Positions 22,897-36,050 of a stretch of DNA of 64,000 nt are shown one piece after another. The first letter of the stretch is position 1. Every line of letters starts with the position of its first letter. Source of the stretch: Isurus oxyrinchus (lineage: Eukaryota); NCBI GenBank assembly GCA_026770705.1, contig JANJGN010000056.1:868001-932000 (forward strand), written 5' to 3'. The translations under genes and the position numbers were made by a program. The notes under the pieces were generated by a model that saw only the letters and a list, made by a program, of their open reading frames with translations, searched no databases and was not told where the DNA came from.

Positions 22897-25720
22897 CCAG
22901 AAAACCATAAGACATGGGGGTAGAAATTACGCCATTAGGCCCGTGGAGTCTGCTCCGCTTTCAATCATGGCTGATATGTTTGTCAAACCCATTCTCCCGC
23001 CTTCTCCCCATAACCTTTGATCCCGTTACCATTCAAGAACATATCTATTTCGTTCTTAAGTATACTTAATGACCTGGAATGCACAGCCTTCTGTAGCAAT
23101 GAATTCCATAGATTCACAACTCTATGGCTAAAGAATTTTCCCCTTATCTCTGTTCTAAAAGGTCTTCACTTTACTCTGTGTCTGTGCCCTCGGGTCCTAG
23201 TCTCTCCTACTAATGAACACATCCTCCCCGCCTCCACACTAACCAGGCCTTTCGGTATACTGTAGCATTCAATCCGATCCCCCCTCATCTTTCTAAACTC
23301 CCTCGATTATAGACTCAGTGTCCTCAAACTTTCCTCATAAGTTAAGCCTTTCATTTCTGGGATCGTTCTCGTGAACCTACTCCGGACCATCCCCAGAGCC
23401 AGAACATTATTCCCGAGATATGGGGCCCAAAATTGCTCAAAACATTCTAAATGTGGTTTGCCCAGAGCCTCATAAAACCTCAGCAGCATATATCTGGTTT
23501 TATAATCTATTCCTCGCGAAATAATTTCCACCATTGCATTTGCCTTCCTAAATACCGACACAACATGCAAGTTAACCTTAAAAGTGTCCTGGACATAGAC
23601 TCCCAAGCCCCTTTGCACTCCCGAATTCTGAATTCGCTCTCCATTTAGAAAATAGTCTATGCCTCTATTCTTGCTGGCAAACTGCATGGCCTCACATTTT
23701 CCCACGTTATATCTCATCTGCCACGTCTTTGCATATTCTCCTAACCTGTCCAAAATCTACTGCAGCCTCTATGCCTCCTCATTACTACGTGTCTCCCCAC
23801 CTATCTTTGTATCATCTACAAACTTAACCAGGATTCTCTCAGTTCTTTCATCTAGATCATTCATGTATAAAGTGAAAAGTTGTGGTCGTAACACTGACCC
23901 TTGTGGAACTTCAAGAGTTTCCCGCCGCAATCCTGAGAATTGCGCCCTTATTTCCAGTCTCTGCCTCCTGCAAGACAGCCGATCTTCTATCCACGGTAGT
24001 AGTTTGCCTCTAAAACCAAGCGGGTTCTAATCTTACTGAGCAGCCTCCTGTGGGGCTCCTTTTCAAAGGCCTTCTGGAAGTCCAAGTAGGTAATATCAAC
24101 TGCGTCTCCTTTGTCTAATCTACTCGTTATCTGCTCAAAGAATTTTGACAGATTTGTTAGGTGTGAACTCCCCTTGATGAAACCATACTGACTTTGCCCT
24201 ATTTTACCAAGCACTTTCAAGTATTCCGAAATCTCGTCCTTATTAATGGACCCTAAAATCCTACCGATGACCGAGGTCAGGCTATTCGACCTATAAGTTC
24301 CCCTCTTTTCTATAACGCCATTATTAAACAGTAGGGTTACATTAGTGGTTTTCCAGTCATCTGGCACCCTCCCTGACACCGGTAATTCCTGAAAGATCAC
24401 CACTAACGCCCCCACTGCCTCTTCAGCTATCTCCTTCAGAACTCTGGGGGGTAATCCATCTGGTCCAGATGATTATCCACCTTTAGACCTTTCAGTTTTC
24501 CTAGCACCTTCTCCTTGGTAATGGCCACCATACTCATCTCTGCCCTCCGACTCTCTTGAACTTTGGGGATGTTACTCGTGTCATCCACCATGGAGATTGG
24601 CACAAAGTACTTATTCAGTTCCTCCGCCATTTCTTTGTCCCCCATTAGTACTTGTCCAGCGTCATTTCCCAGTGGTCCAATGTCCACTTTTGCCTCTCTC
24701 TTACACTTTATATATCTAAAAATTACTCTTGCAATCTTCTCTTATACTATTGGTTAGTTTACCCTCTTATTGAAACTTCTCTCTCCTTATTTCTTTTTTA
24801 ATTATCCTCTGTTGGTCTTTGTGGACCTCCCAATCCCCTGTTATCCCATTACTCTTCATGCCTTGTTATGATTTCTCTTTAGCCTTTCTGCTGTCCCTGA
24901 CTTGCTTTCTCAGCCATGGTTGACTCATCCTCCCTTTTGTATGCTTCTTATTCCTGGGGATGATTTTTTGCTGTGCCTCCCAATTTACTCCCGAAACTCC
25001 TGCCATTGCTGTTGCACTGTCTTTCCCGCTAGGCTCATCTCCAAGTCAAATCTGGCCAGCTTCTCCCTCATGCCCCTCTAGTTGCCTTTATTCATCAGTA
25101 ATACCACTACATCTGATTTCATCTTTTTCCTCTCGAACTACAGGGTAAATTCTTTCATATTAAGGTCACTTCCTCCTAAGAGTTCCTTCAGCTTAAGCTC
25201 CCAGATCAAATCTGCCTCATTACACATCACTAAATCTAGAATTGCCTGTCCCCTAGTGGGCTCCACCACAAGCTGCTCCAAAAAGACATCTCGTAGACAT
25301 TCCACAAATTCCTTTTCTTGGGATTCACTACCAGCCTGATTTTCCCACTCTACCTGCATATGAAAATCTTTGATCACTGTAACCTTGCGTTTCTTACACG
25401 CGTTTCCTATCTCCTCGGGTATCTTGAGCCCCACATTCTCACTACTTTTCAGAAGCCTGTACATAACTTCCATTATGTTTATATTTTTTACCTTTGCGGT
25501 TCCTCAACTCTACCCACATATTCTAACTCATTTTACTCAACGTCATTTCTAGCTATCGATTTCATTTCATTTCTTACCAAAAAAGCAACCCCACCCCCTC
25601 TGCAAACCCGCATATCTTTTCGATACGATGGAAATTTAGCTCCCAGTCCTGATCCCCTTGCTGCCATGTCTCCGTGATGCCCACCACATCATATCTGAAA
25701 TTTGAATCTGTGCCACACTT
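22897..25720 (-). mobile_element. CR1 LINE ORF2 remnant (APE endonuclease end, RT and 3' tail), about 2.8 kb, frameshifted
   Basis: Minus ORFs EFVECLRDVFLEQLVVEPTRGQAILDLVMCNE, VPDDWKTTNVTLLF, YLDFQKAFEKEPHRRL, WQMRYNVGKCE and PHLECFEQFWAPY. Confidence 0.93.
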
Positions 25721-26189
25721 GCATCAGGACATAGCACTTGTCCCCCTGTACTTCCAGCTCCCCCTTCAAAACATTTTTCTGCTGCTACATCAACGAACTT
25801 CCCGCCATCTTAGATGCGGTATTTACAGATGTTGACCCAGCGTTGAGGAACATTTGCACCATATATAACATACTTGTGCAGTCAGTGCTACATGTGTTGA
25901 TGACACCGAGGCAGGTAGGAAAGTAAATTGTGAAGGTGACATAATGAGCTGATAAAAGTAGCTACACAGGTTACGTTAATAGGATAGAACTGGAAAATTC
26001 AATATAATGTAGAGAATGTGAAATTATCCACAGTGGCAGGAAAATAACTATTTAAAAAGACACATATGATGTAAATGTTGAGAGATTGCTGAACTCTCAG
26101 ATGTGGCATGCAGAGTTGCAGAAGCACCTGAGTGTCCCAATGCAGATACCTGGCTAAATTCAGGTTTTTTCTTCCTCCAGAAACTGATG

Positions 26190-26500
26190 ATCATTAAAGA
26201 AAATAGTTTTCCATATCTGAATTTGCGCCAAATACCGATCACCTATCAGGCCCGGCCTCGTTGACCTGCATGGATTCTTGGTCTCAGATTTAAAATTCAC
26301 CTCCCCTTTGTCAAATCGCAGTATGGCCTTTCCTGTCCCTATCTCTGGAAGACTGTCCAGCCCGACAATGCTCTGAGACATCTCCACACCTCTAATCCTC
26401 AGAGAAACCAGGCTTCAATCTCTCCACCATTGGTGGCTGTGCCTTCAGGTTCCAGAGGTATTGGCTCTGGAACTGCCTCCCTAAAACCCTCTGCCTCTAA
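26190..26500 (+). mobile_element. L2-like LINE/SINE 3' tail fragment (similar remnant at about 21000-21590)
   Basis: ctccaccattggtggctgtgccttcag...ctctggaactgcctccctaaaaccctctgcctct resembles L2 3' ends. Confidence 0.5.
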
Positions 26501-26934
26501 CGTGTTTTCTCCATTCACTCACTTCTATCTTGTGCTCTCCTTTAATTTCCCCCCTTCCTCTCCCAGGCTTCTCATCTCTCAACATTTGACTTTCTGCAGT
26601 CCTGTAGCTGTTTTAGTTCACATCAGGGAAATGTACTTGCAGTATTTCCCACAGCAGCAACTACATTTTCAAAGGACGCCATTGTTTTTAATGTTCTTGG
26701 ATCTTGACTTTGAGACATACATTATATTTCCTTGCGTTCAAAAACGGAAAGGATAAACAAAAACAATGAATTAGGCCAGTCAACACAATGTGAATGTGAT
26801 TTAAATTTTCATTGGAGCTTTTCTGCTGCCCTGCACCACATAACGAGACCAAAACATCTCCATGATTTCTGACCCTTCTTCCAGCCTCCTGACAACCATT
26901 GCACTTCTATTAAAACTATTCAATCCCCGTAATT

Positions 26935-27330
26935 CCCGTTCCCCACCCACTGGAACTCCTTCCCACCAATTGATCGCACTTTCCCATTTACAGATACTCT
27001 CTGCAGCCATTTCATCTACTTTCCCCAGTCAATTAATTTTGTCCCAAATTTCTAATCATCATTCCCCATCCACAGAAACACTTCACATTCATCTCATCGC
27101 ACTCCCCTACCCACTGAAACTCTTCCCAAAATATCCGACCCACCCGCTGGAATTATTCTCAGCCCTGGATCTCCCTTCACCGCCGACTGAAACTCTCAGC
27201 AGTCCTCTGACCTTCCTCTTCCTAAACCCCAAACCCGTTGAAACTCTTCGCATCCATTTGATCGCCCTTAGGCACCCAGTTAAACTGTTCCCAAAACTCT
27301 GGTCTCGCTCCCCCACCTACTGAAGTGTCC
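26935..27330 (+). repeat. Degenerate C-rich minisatellite, core CCCACCCACTGAAACTCTTCCC
   Basis: Repeats at about 26941, 27064, 27105, 27140, 27180, 27230, 27275 and 27311. The translation shows the duplicated peptide ETLxIHLIAL..P.KLFPK. Confidence 0.7.
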
Positions 27331-28249
27331 ACAACAAAAGAAACACTTTTCCATTCTTCTGACTCACTCACCACACTGCGATCAACTTCAACATCCTGGG
27401 AAATATTTCACGTATGCCTAACTTGTTTCCACACTGTAATGGATTTCATGTTTCCTGACACGCTAAGAAATTCTGTTTTGAAACAAAGCAAGTTCATTTG
27501 TCTACCCTGTGGCAACATGGATCAGTTGGTAGAGCCTCGGGTTTGAAAACTGAGAACCCTGTTTTCCCAAAACTGTCTGAATGCTGCTTCCTGCAAAGCT
27601 CAGTCATTTCCCGTGAAAACATGCAAAGTGAGGAATTGCCATTCAATTATGCTGCTCCCTCAAAGGAAGTTACGGACATTCTTCTTGAACCTGCAAAAAT
27701 GTCCATCCTATCAACATTTCAGCAGCTACAATCGTTTTGTTCTTGATTAACAAGTGAGTGAAAGTGTGCTGGGATCTGCAGGGTGAGAACATGTGGGCAC
27801 AATCATATCAACTGTGTTATTGTTAAATGAAGGAGCAGGCAAATGGTCTGAATGGCCTACTATTGCACCAATTTACTAAGGCTTAGACACTTCCCCGTCC
27901 ACTCAAATGCTGAACCTCCCTTCGTGCCCCTTCCCCATCCCGGATGCAATTCCCCAATCCCCAGCGCTTTTCACCGTCCACTTCAAAACCCCGAGAGCCT
28001 TATCTGCACCCTGATGTTTTTGAGACATCCTGCTCCGTGAATGTTCAGAGTGCTGACACCCTGGGACACCAGTTTTATCCCGGTCCGCTTCTGTGTTTGT
28101 TATTCTGACATTTCAGAGGTTCCTTACAGTGAACACCTCACCCCATTCCATGTAATTCCCACATCTTCGTCCAGCCTGATTAGTTCCTCAATCACCTTGT
28201 CATGAGACACCCTAATCTCAAAGTGAAACTAGACACGGGCAAAAATATG

Positions 28250-31200
28250 TGATTAATGCAATGCGTTTTATTTCAGACTGCAGCCCCTTATCCAGACAGC
28301 AATAATACAGGGTTCAGGGTCACTGAGTTAAACAATAAAACAGACCTTGTTTCCAATGAACGAAGATATCATTCATTAAGAACTTGGAGCGCTCAAGCTG
28401 CCAGAATCCGGCACTGGATGTTACCATTTTGGTCTGTAGGAAACTATTTTGTTCCTTTCACAGACGGCGACACGGACGTTGCTTCCACAAATCCGAATCC
28501 TATCACTTCCTCTGTCCACACGGCAGAACACCGGGAATCCTGTAAACCAAAATAAAGTGTGAACGGGCATCTCTTTAATTAGAGCCCACACTTCCCTCCT
28601 CCCCTGGATCTCTACACACATGCGCTTTGCCTGAAAGTCAGTCCAAGATTTGGTTTCTCAAATGGGTACACGATTACACTCACAATCTGAGACCAGAGAT
28701 AGTGCAATGAAAGGTCCGACATTTAAATCGAGCCATTTGCTGTCAGCGAACGTTCAAAAGAGTTGAACAGACCATGAATATTTTCTCTGAAGTGCCAAGA
28801 CTGTTTTATGGAAAACACTGCAGCCAACCAGCTTTCAGCAAACTCCCACGAACAGAGACTGACATTTGATACTCTGAGGAATCTCAGGCCATGTTGAAAG
28901 TGTGATGCTGTTCCAGGACACCACAGAGAACTGCCAGATATTCAAACAATTTACCTGATATAATCGTTTCCGATGAAGAGGTAGACGGGATCTCTATTTA
29001 ATATTTAATCCAAACACTGACGCATCCAGCAATGCAGCACACTCCCTGTGCTGGGGTGGGTCTACTGGAGTGTGACATCAACCCCCAATTTGTTCACTCA
29101 AAACCCGACTGAGGCAGAGTGACAACGGCTAAACTAACCACTTGTCTCACAGACATAATCTGTGTTCTCTCACTCCAATCACTTTGAAAGATGCAGTTTT
29201 ACATAATTTAATGAGCCAGTCTTAAAACGTTTTACCCTCCCCTCCCCCCCCACCCCCCCCACCGCCCCCCGCCATCCTTATGGAAAGCTGACCGATGTCT
29301 GGGGATTTGTTTGACATTCATCGGGTGTCTCTCCGAATTCCTCATTCACCACCTGGGAGGCGGGACAGTGAGAGTGTGTCAAAGGGGCTGAGGGGTCATC
29401 CGTTCGAGTCCATGTACATAGTCCGCACTCTCACACTTCAGAGCCGGTAGCAGTGAACGGAACTGGCTACTCGGGCCTACCACCATGCGGTGCATCTGTG
29501 CAAGATCAACTCTAGAGTCTCGTATGCAGGTCATTCATACACTTGTGATCCACCAGCCCTGCGTTGCCACTTTCTTGGTGTTCGGTTCAGATCAGCTCCC
29601 AACAACCGCTATTCCCTCTAGCTGCTCAACTAGTGGCTAAACATTCAGTGAATTAACCTGTGGAACTGTTTAATGTTAAATCGTTCTGCCTCACGCACAG
29701 TCATCTTACTTCAGCAGATTAAAACATGATTTTCAATTATCAAAATTCAAATGAAAACAAATCAAACTGTACGAAAGCTGGCTGCTGAGTCATCGGTGAA
29801 ATGTAGAATTATATATCTCTGTGGCTCAGTGGGACATCGCTCCAGCAATGGCACTGGGCTGAATAAGCATTAAAACTACTATCAGCAAGATGAAATTTTT
29901 CATTATGTTCAGTGTATTTGCTCAGAGTTAGTATTAGGATGTTGGAGCTGAAGTGCCCTTATTCTAATCTCTGAAATTGTGCTGCTTTTATATTCACACA
30001 CGAACGAGTAGTGACATCAAACACTGAACTTATTGGGACAGAAGGCTTTTCACTTCCTGCTGCATCTCATTTACCTGAGTGAAGGCTTCAGGCCAGAGCT
30101 CCACTCGCTGGCCGCTTGCTGAACGTAGTGAAGGGGGTCTTGAGGTGTATTTAAGTGGTGCAGTGTAGCTGAAACTGCAGCTGCACCTATTGTCAGGAGG
30201 CTGAATCTGAGTTTCCCTGTATGGATTGTCTGTAAAAGGAAAAGGAGCAATGTGGAAGAGTGAAGGATCGGACGGCAGTGTTGCAGTTCTTTAGTCCAGG
30301 GCTCTGCAGGAGGACTGAGGCCACTTTTCTGTGGTGGGCCGTGCAGGAGAACATGAAACAAAACGATCAGGAGGAAATGGTTGCAGGGGGTGAAGGAGGG
30401 AAGTTCCCAGAGTTTCTCCTCGAGGACCAAAAGCGTGTTACTCGAGGTGAAACACCACTGTAGAGTCACTAGGGCAGAGAAAGAAGACAAACGGCTTTTC
30501 CATCAATGCAAGTTCGTGGCAATAAGTGTAGCCCCATCCTCCTCCCTATCCCCATGTCCCTGTAGGTTAATTTCCTCCAAACAATTATTCTTTGATATCA
30601 TGACTATCCCTGCTTCTACATTTAAAAGCAGCAAGTTCCTAATCATTACCATTTGCAGCATCAAAGGTATTGTTCCCATCACCATTACACCCACCCCATG
30701 CCTATGCCTCAGTAGCTCTTCACATAAAGTTAAATTGAGGAGAAAATACACAAGGATGGAGTGTGGAACGAAAGCTGCTCGTGATATTCGAATCAGCACC
30801 TAAATATGTCACAATTATATTAGGAAAAGCACGGTTCGCATAAGCACTGTTGGTCAGTTCAATACTCATAATGATGTTCCTGTCAAAGAAACTAATCAGT
30901 TAGCGGACACGCTGAATGGTAACCATGTTTCAGTTACTGAAGTTGAGGAATAGATCAGCCTGTCAGACATCGCATGGAAACTATTCCTGAATCAGGAGCA
31001 GGGATTCAACAAACTTAATGTGAACAACAATAATATTAATAGACACATTATACATACATGGGAGGGGCAAATCTCCAAGAGAAGAATTTTTAATTCCAGG
31101 GTTTTAAAGGAAGTTAATGGGAACGTTGTATAATGCCCTAATCATAAATGTAACATTTTTTTCTCCACCTTGCTACCACTCTTTTCAATTGAAAAATATT

Positions 31201-31335
31201 ACCTGTCGCTCTGCCACATAAGAAAGGTCTCAGACTGAAACTAAGGAAATATATGGCATTTCGACAAAGCTGTTTCAAAATCGCGAGAGTTGACTGTGAA
31301 TTAAGGGGCCTCTGGACGCCTTCATTTTTTTTTGG
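28250..31335 (-). other. Candidate spliced minus-strand transcript (exons 31335-31203, 30229-30075, 29352-29293, 28539 to about 28250)
   Basis: Each exon has a polypyrimidine tract plus AG, and the first three have GT donors. Phases are compatible, TAG falls at 28446-28444 and AATAAA at 28272-28267. There is no start codon and no recognised homology. Confidence 0.3.
28900..29140 (-). mobile_element. Degraded DeuSINE/SacSINE1-like tRNA SINE (similar copies at about 43060-43320 and 59620-59872)
   Basis: gcaatgcagcacactccctgtgctg...ctggagtgtgac...aacccccaa and the head remnant actgagccata resemble Deu-domain SINEs. This is recognition by eye only. Confidence 0.5.
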
Positions 31336-31399
31336 CTGATAAGAGGAAGCAAACATGTAATTTTTAAAATAAGTCATATTTGGCAATACGCAGTGAATT

Positions 31400-33290
31400 T
31401 TCTTGTCGAGGCAACAGAAGCATTTATCAGTGCAATGCTCACGGATGCTATTTATGTCAACATTCAGAGGGTGCGTGATAACGGCTCACGTCAGAAACTG
31501 TTAGCTGATATTAGCACTGCTGGAAATTCATCTTATGAATTGTCTAGGGCAGAGAGGACGTAAAAAAGTGAATAGTAAAAATGAGAGGCATTATCACGAT
31601 GTTCCGCAAGGATCTCAGATATTCACTGGGCTCAGTAATAAGTAGAATATGGATTTAAACATTACAAATATAATATTACCAATGATAGATTTAGGAACAT
31701 CATTGTAAGCAATGTAGATGCAAACAGAACACTAGAAAAAGACATTGATGGACAATGCAAATGGCGAAACTGTGACATAGGTCGCAGTAAGCACTTTGAA
31801 TTCTAAACATAAGAACTTAAGTATTAATAGCAGGCAGTACCATACAAACCTTCTTTTTCGCTACACCCTTCAGCACAATCACGTGAGACCTCCTGTGACA
31901 ACTTCAGATTCATAACCCCTCCCCACATCCCCTCCCCCAATGTGAATGCCACTCTCCTATTCAAAATACGACAATCACAGGAAATAGAAAACTACAAGCC
32001 AGTTAGCTGAACATTTATAACAGGGGAAGTGTTGGAAACTATATTTTAACATGCTATAGGAAAGCAGCTAGAACAATTCAAGTTAATTAGAAAAAGACAA
32101 GATGATGTTGTGAGTTGGAAGTCATAATTAATCAAACGGCTTCTATTGAAGAAGTAGAATGTGCTGAGGAAAGGGCAACAGGTGGATGTACTGTAATTAG
32201 ATTTCTGGAAGGCAATTGTTAAGTTACCATCCGAAAGGTTAGTGTAGAATATTAAGGCTCAATGTATTGTGGGTAACATATTGGTTTATATAGACGATTG
32301 GCTAGTTAACAGGGAAAGCATAATGAATAGAATGGCCCAAGTGTCACGGTTGGTGTCTCAAGGTTGTAAATAAGCGATCTAATTTATTTTTGCTAAATTT
32401 GCTGATAACACAAATATAGTTATGAAAGGAAGTCGTCGCAAAAGCATCCGGAGACAGAACAGAATTAAGTAAGGTCTGACAAATAGAGTGTGAAATTCAC
32501 CATATTGGTGGGAAGAATATTGTGTAAAGAGTGAGAAATGATATGGCTCTGAGATGCAAAGATATCTTTGTGACTGAGTGCATGAAATGCGAAAGGTTAG
32601 AATGCAGGGACTGCTTTTGTTTAGGAAGGCTAATATAACGTTATTGCGAGCCTAATTGTTTAAAAATATAAAGGGGATAGGCTTCATTTTTACAGGGATT
32701 TGGGGAAACCACATCTGATGCACTGAGTAGAGTACTGGTCTCCTTATGTAAGGAAGGATGCAAATGCGTTGTAAGAAGAACAGAGAATATTTACTGGGCT
32801 ATTACCTGGGATGGGATCGTTGTCCTTTGAGGAAACTTTGGACAAGCTAGGCTTGTATCCAATGGAGTTTCGATGAGTAATAGCGACTTGACTGAAATAT
32901 ATTAAATCCTGATTGCTATTGACATGATGGATGTGGAAAGGATGACTTTCTTGTGGGCGAATCTAGAAATATTGCCCATTGTTAAAAATGACGGGGGAAT
33001 CCCGTAAGATAGAAATAAGGAGACTTTTTTTTTCACTGAAAGAATCACGCACCATTCGAGTTTTCATCCTTAAAGGCCAGTGGAAGCAAAACTTCTAAAT
33101 AATATTTTAAGGCAGAACAAGATAAATTGCTGGTAGGCAAGACGGTTGAAATTTTATCAATGGTAGGAGGGAATATAGAGATCATGATATGGTCAGGTCA
33201 GTCTTTATATTATCAATTGTGGAGCAGTCTCGAGGGGCCGATTGGACTACTGTTCCTAATCAGTATTTTCATATGTTCCCATGTGTTATG
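31400..33290 (+). mobile_element. Degraded CR1 RT and 3' fragments (nested)
   Basis: Recognisable CR1 segments: aaactacaagccagttagc, tagatttctggaaggc, aaatttgctgataacac, ggaaaccacatctg...tactggtctcctta, and a 3' tail ending tgttcccatgtgttatgt. Confidence 0.7.
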
Positions 33291-33530
33291 TGATGGGGAG
33301 GGAAATCTGCTGCAATGTTTGAAACCATAAATACGGTTTCATCTTGTTTAGAGACAAACACGAGCAGGATTAAAAACCACAGAGAGGCTCATGTGACAAC
33401 GAGGGGTACAAATGCTGAGTTGGAGACATTGAACATGTTCAGCATGCTTGTTGGCATTGTGAGATCGTGTTTGCCTTCCGACGAAATGAGACAACAATAA
33501 TCTTGTCATAAGACGGTAGAACTTTGTTGA

Positions 33531-33600
33531 GGCGGGGGGTGGGGTGGTGGGGGGGTGTGGGGTGGGGTGGGGGGGGCGGTGTTGGTGGTGGAGGGGAGAG
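33531..33600 (+). repeat. G-rich low-complexity tract (G-quadruplex-forming pattern)
   Basis: More than four G-runs of at least 3 nt separated by short loops. Confidence 0.8.
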
Positions 33601-34499
33601 AGTGAAATGCAGCTAGACAGAGTCTAAATTTGTCATTTGCTGTAAGATTTTTCAAATGCAACTTTATTTTTCAAATCCTGCATCTGGTTTTACTTTTATT
33701 TGTCTGTAGATTATTTTAACATCATTTTATATATTCGCTCATAATTTAATTGTGTACTTTATTTTTCCATCCATTTCGACCCCTTCCCAAGCCTGATTAT
33801 TTCTTTCATTTTATCACTCCTGCTTTTCCTGTCATTGTACTCACTGTTGAGTTTTGCCTTAAGCCCTGAATCCTAGGCTATCCAATCTCGTATAGACCCA
33901 CCTTCAATTTAAGTTCTCGTGAAATAGCTTGTTCCTTTTTTTTTTATATTACTTTACAATGATTATGGTCAGTTAATCTGCATTTGCTTGAAAAAAATGT
34001 TTTCGATTCTGTTCTCTATCGTTTAGCTTTTTAGCACATACTTATTTACTCACAAAAGCTTTTGTGCTTGACAGTGTCTTTTGTTTCAAATCTTCTTCTG
34101 CACTGGTAGTAGTGTGTTGCTGAATCTGTTGTCCATGTATTACATCTCCTCCATTGTATTGATCATCTTTTTAATATTTCATACTGCTGTGCTCCCTCTC
34201 TGATCATCCACATGTAATAATTGAACGTCATATGTTGCATTTTATGGAGCCCATCATTATCCTTTTCATAGAATTGTCGAACATTACAACACAGCGTCTG
34301 CACCGGCTGAAAATGAAACGTCCAGTCTCATCCCAATTTCGAATTCTCAGTCTGTAGCCCTGCTGTTTACAGCACTTGAGGTGTATATCCATATATTAAT
34401 TGACTTGTGGGTTTTGTTCCTCTGCTGCCTTTCCGGGCAGTAAGTTCAAGGCACCCACATACCTCTGCGTAAAAAGAAAACATGCCTTTTTTAAAGCAA

Positions 34500-36050
34500 T
34501 CCTCTTATCTGGGCGTCGCTAGCCAAGTTATCATGCTTTTGCCGAAACATAAATGCCCTTGACATGGTGCTGGTGAGCTGTCCTCATGAACGGCTACATG
34601 CCTTGTGATGTCTGTGCACCCACAATGCTATTCTGGGGGAGGTCCAGCTCCTGCCCCAGCTGCAGCAAATGGAAGGTGACATATTTTCAATTGATGATGA
34701 TGTGTGTATTGAATGGGAACTCACAGGCGGTGGTTTTCCTGTGCATCTGCTTTGCTTGTCCGTCTAAATGGTAGCAGTTGTGGATTTAGTTGCGGCTGTC
34801 TAAGGGTCTTGGCGCCTTCTTGGATCCATCTTGTCGATAGTACTCAGCTCTGTAACTATGGGTCAGTGTTGGAGGGAGAGGGTATATGTGAATATTGTGC
34901 CAATCAAGCGGACTGTTTTGTCATGGATGGTTTCAAGCTTCTTGCATGTTGGAGCTGACCATCTCCAGGCAAGATCAAAGCATTCCATAAGAAACCTCTC
35001 CTGTGCCCTCAAGATAGGGGACAGGAATCTGGGAGCTGTTGGCCGCAGTAGTATTAGCCTCTGGCCAGTAATTGAAGCCGAGGTATTGATATGGCAGCCA
35101 ATTCAGTCACTGATCAATGATAAATCCCACGCTGTTGATTGTGGGGACTTCAGAGATGGCAGTGCCATTCAATGTCAGAGGCACGGTTAGATTCGGGACA
35201 TTGCCTGTCAATTGTGTGCCTGAATACTACTTGCCACTTGAAAGCCAAATGTTGCATATTGTGCAAACCATGGCATATTTGGATCTGGATTGCTTCAGTG
35301 TCTGAGGACTCACGGATGGCACTAAACCTTGTGCAGTGAACATCCTCACTTGTAACCTTATGATGAAAATAAGGACATTGATGAAGCAGCTGAGATAGCA
35401 GGCCGAGGACACAACAATGTGGAACTTATGCAATGTGCACTTGGACTGAGATGATTGACCTCCAAAAACCACAAATACCTTGCTTTGTGCTAGGTATGAA
35501 TTATGCCACCTGGAATTTTTCCTCTTTAGCATTGACTCCAAATATTCTCGGGCGTCATGATGTCACACTCTGTCACATGCTGCCTTTTTGCTAGAGGCAG
35601 CAACTCTTACTTCGTCTCTGAATATTAATCATCTATCTATTCTTTGACCAAGGCTGTACTATGGTCAATGGCTGAGTGATCCTGGCAGAAAAAAAAAACA
35701 CTGAAGCGAATATGTTATTACTAATTAACCGCTGCTTCATTATATATTCATGACGCCTTCTATCACCACTTCATATGGAGAGCAGACTGATGGTACAACA
35801 ATTGCCTGAGTTGGATTGGCCCGGCTTTATTACTACAGGACGTACCTGGGCAATTGCCCATGTTTCCAGGTATATGCCAGTTTTGCCGCTGTACTGGAAA
35901 GGCTTAGCAATGAGCGCGGCAAGTACTGTAACACAGGTCCACAGTAATGCTGCTGGAATATTGATAAGACCCATTGTCCTTGTGTATCCTCTGCCTTCAG
36001 CCATTTCTTGATATCACGTGGAATGAATCGAATTGGCAGAGGAATGTCCC
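34500..36050 (-). mobile_element. Second LINE family (CR1/L2-group RT) remnant
   Basis: Minus ORF MGLINIPAALLWTC...LIAKPFQYS..TGIY..TWAIAQVRPV..K..QSN...ISLLSI corresponds to the pre-RT and RT domain 0-2 region. The 3' end lies near 34500. Confidence 0.75.

Noticed and set aside
27510-27565. tRNA-like fragment (gatcagttggtagagc...ttgaaaa)
   Set aside because: Only the 5' half and A box are recognisable, with no B box or acceptor stem. It is probably a decayed SINE or pseudo-tRNA.
30071-30803. Long overlapping ORFs (139-140 aa) as single-exon genes
   Set aside because: They have no recognisable domain, part overlaps a CR1 3'-tail remnant, and the starts are non-ATG. Only the spliced 155-nt segment is kept as a candidate exon.
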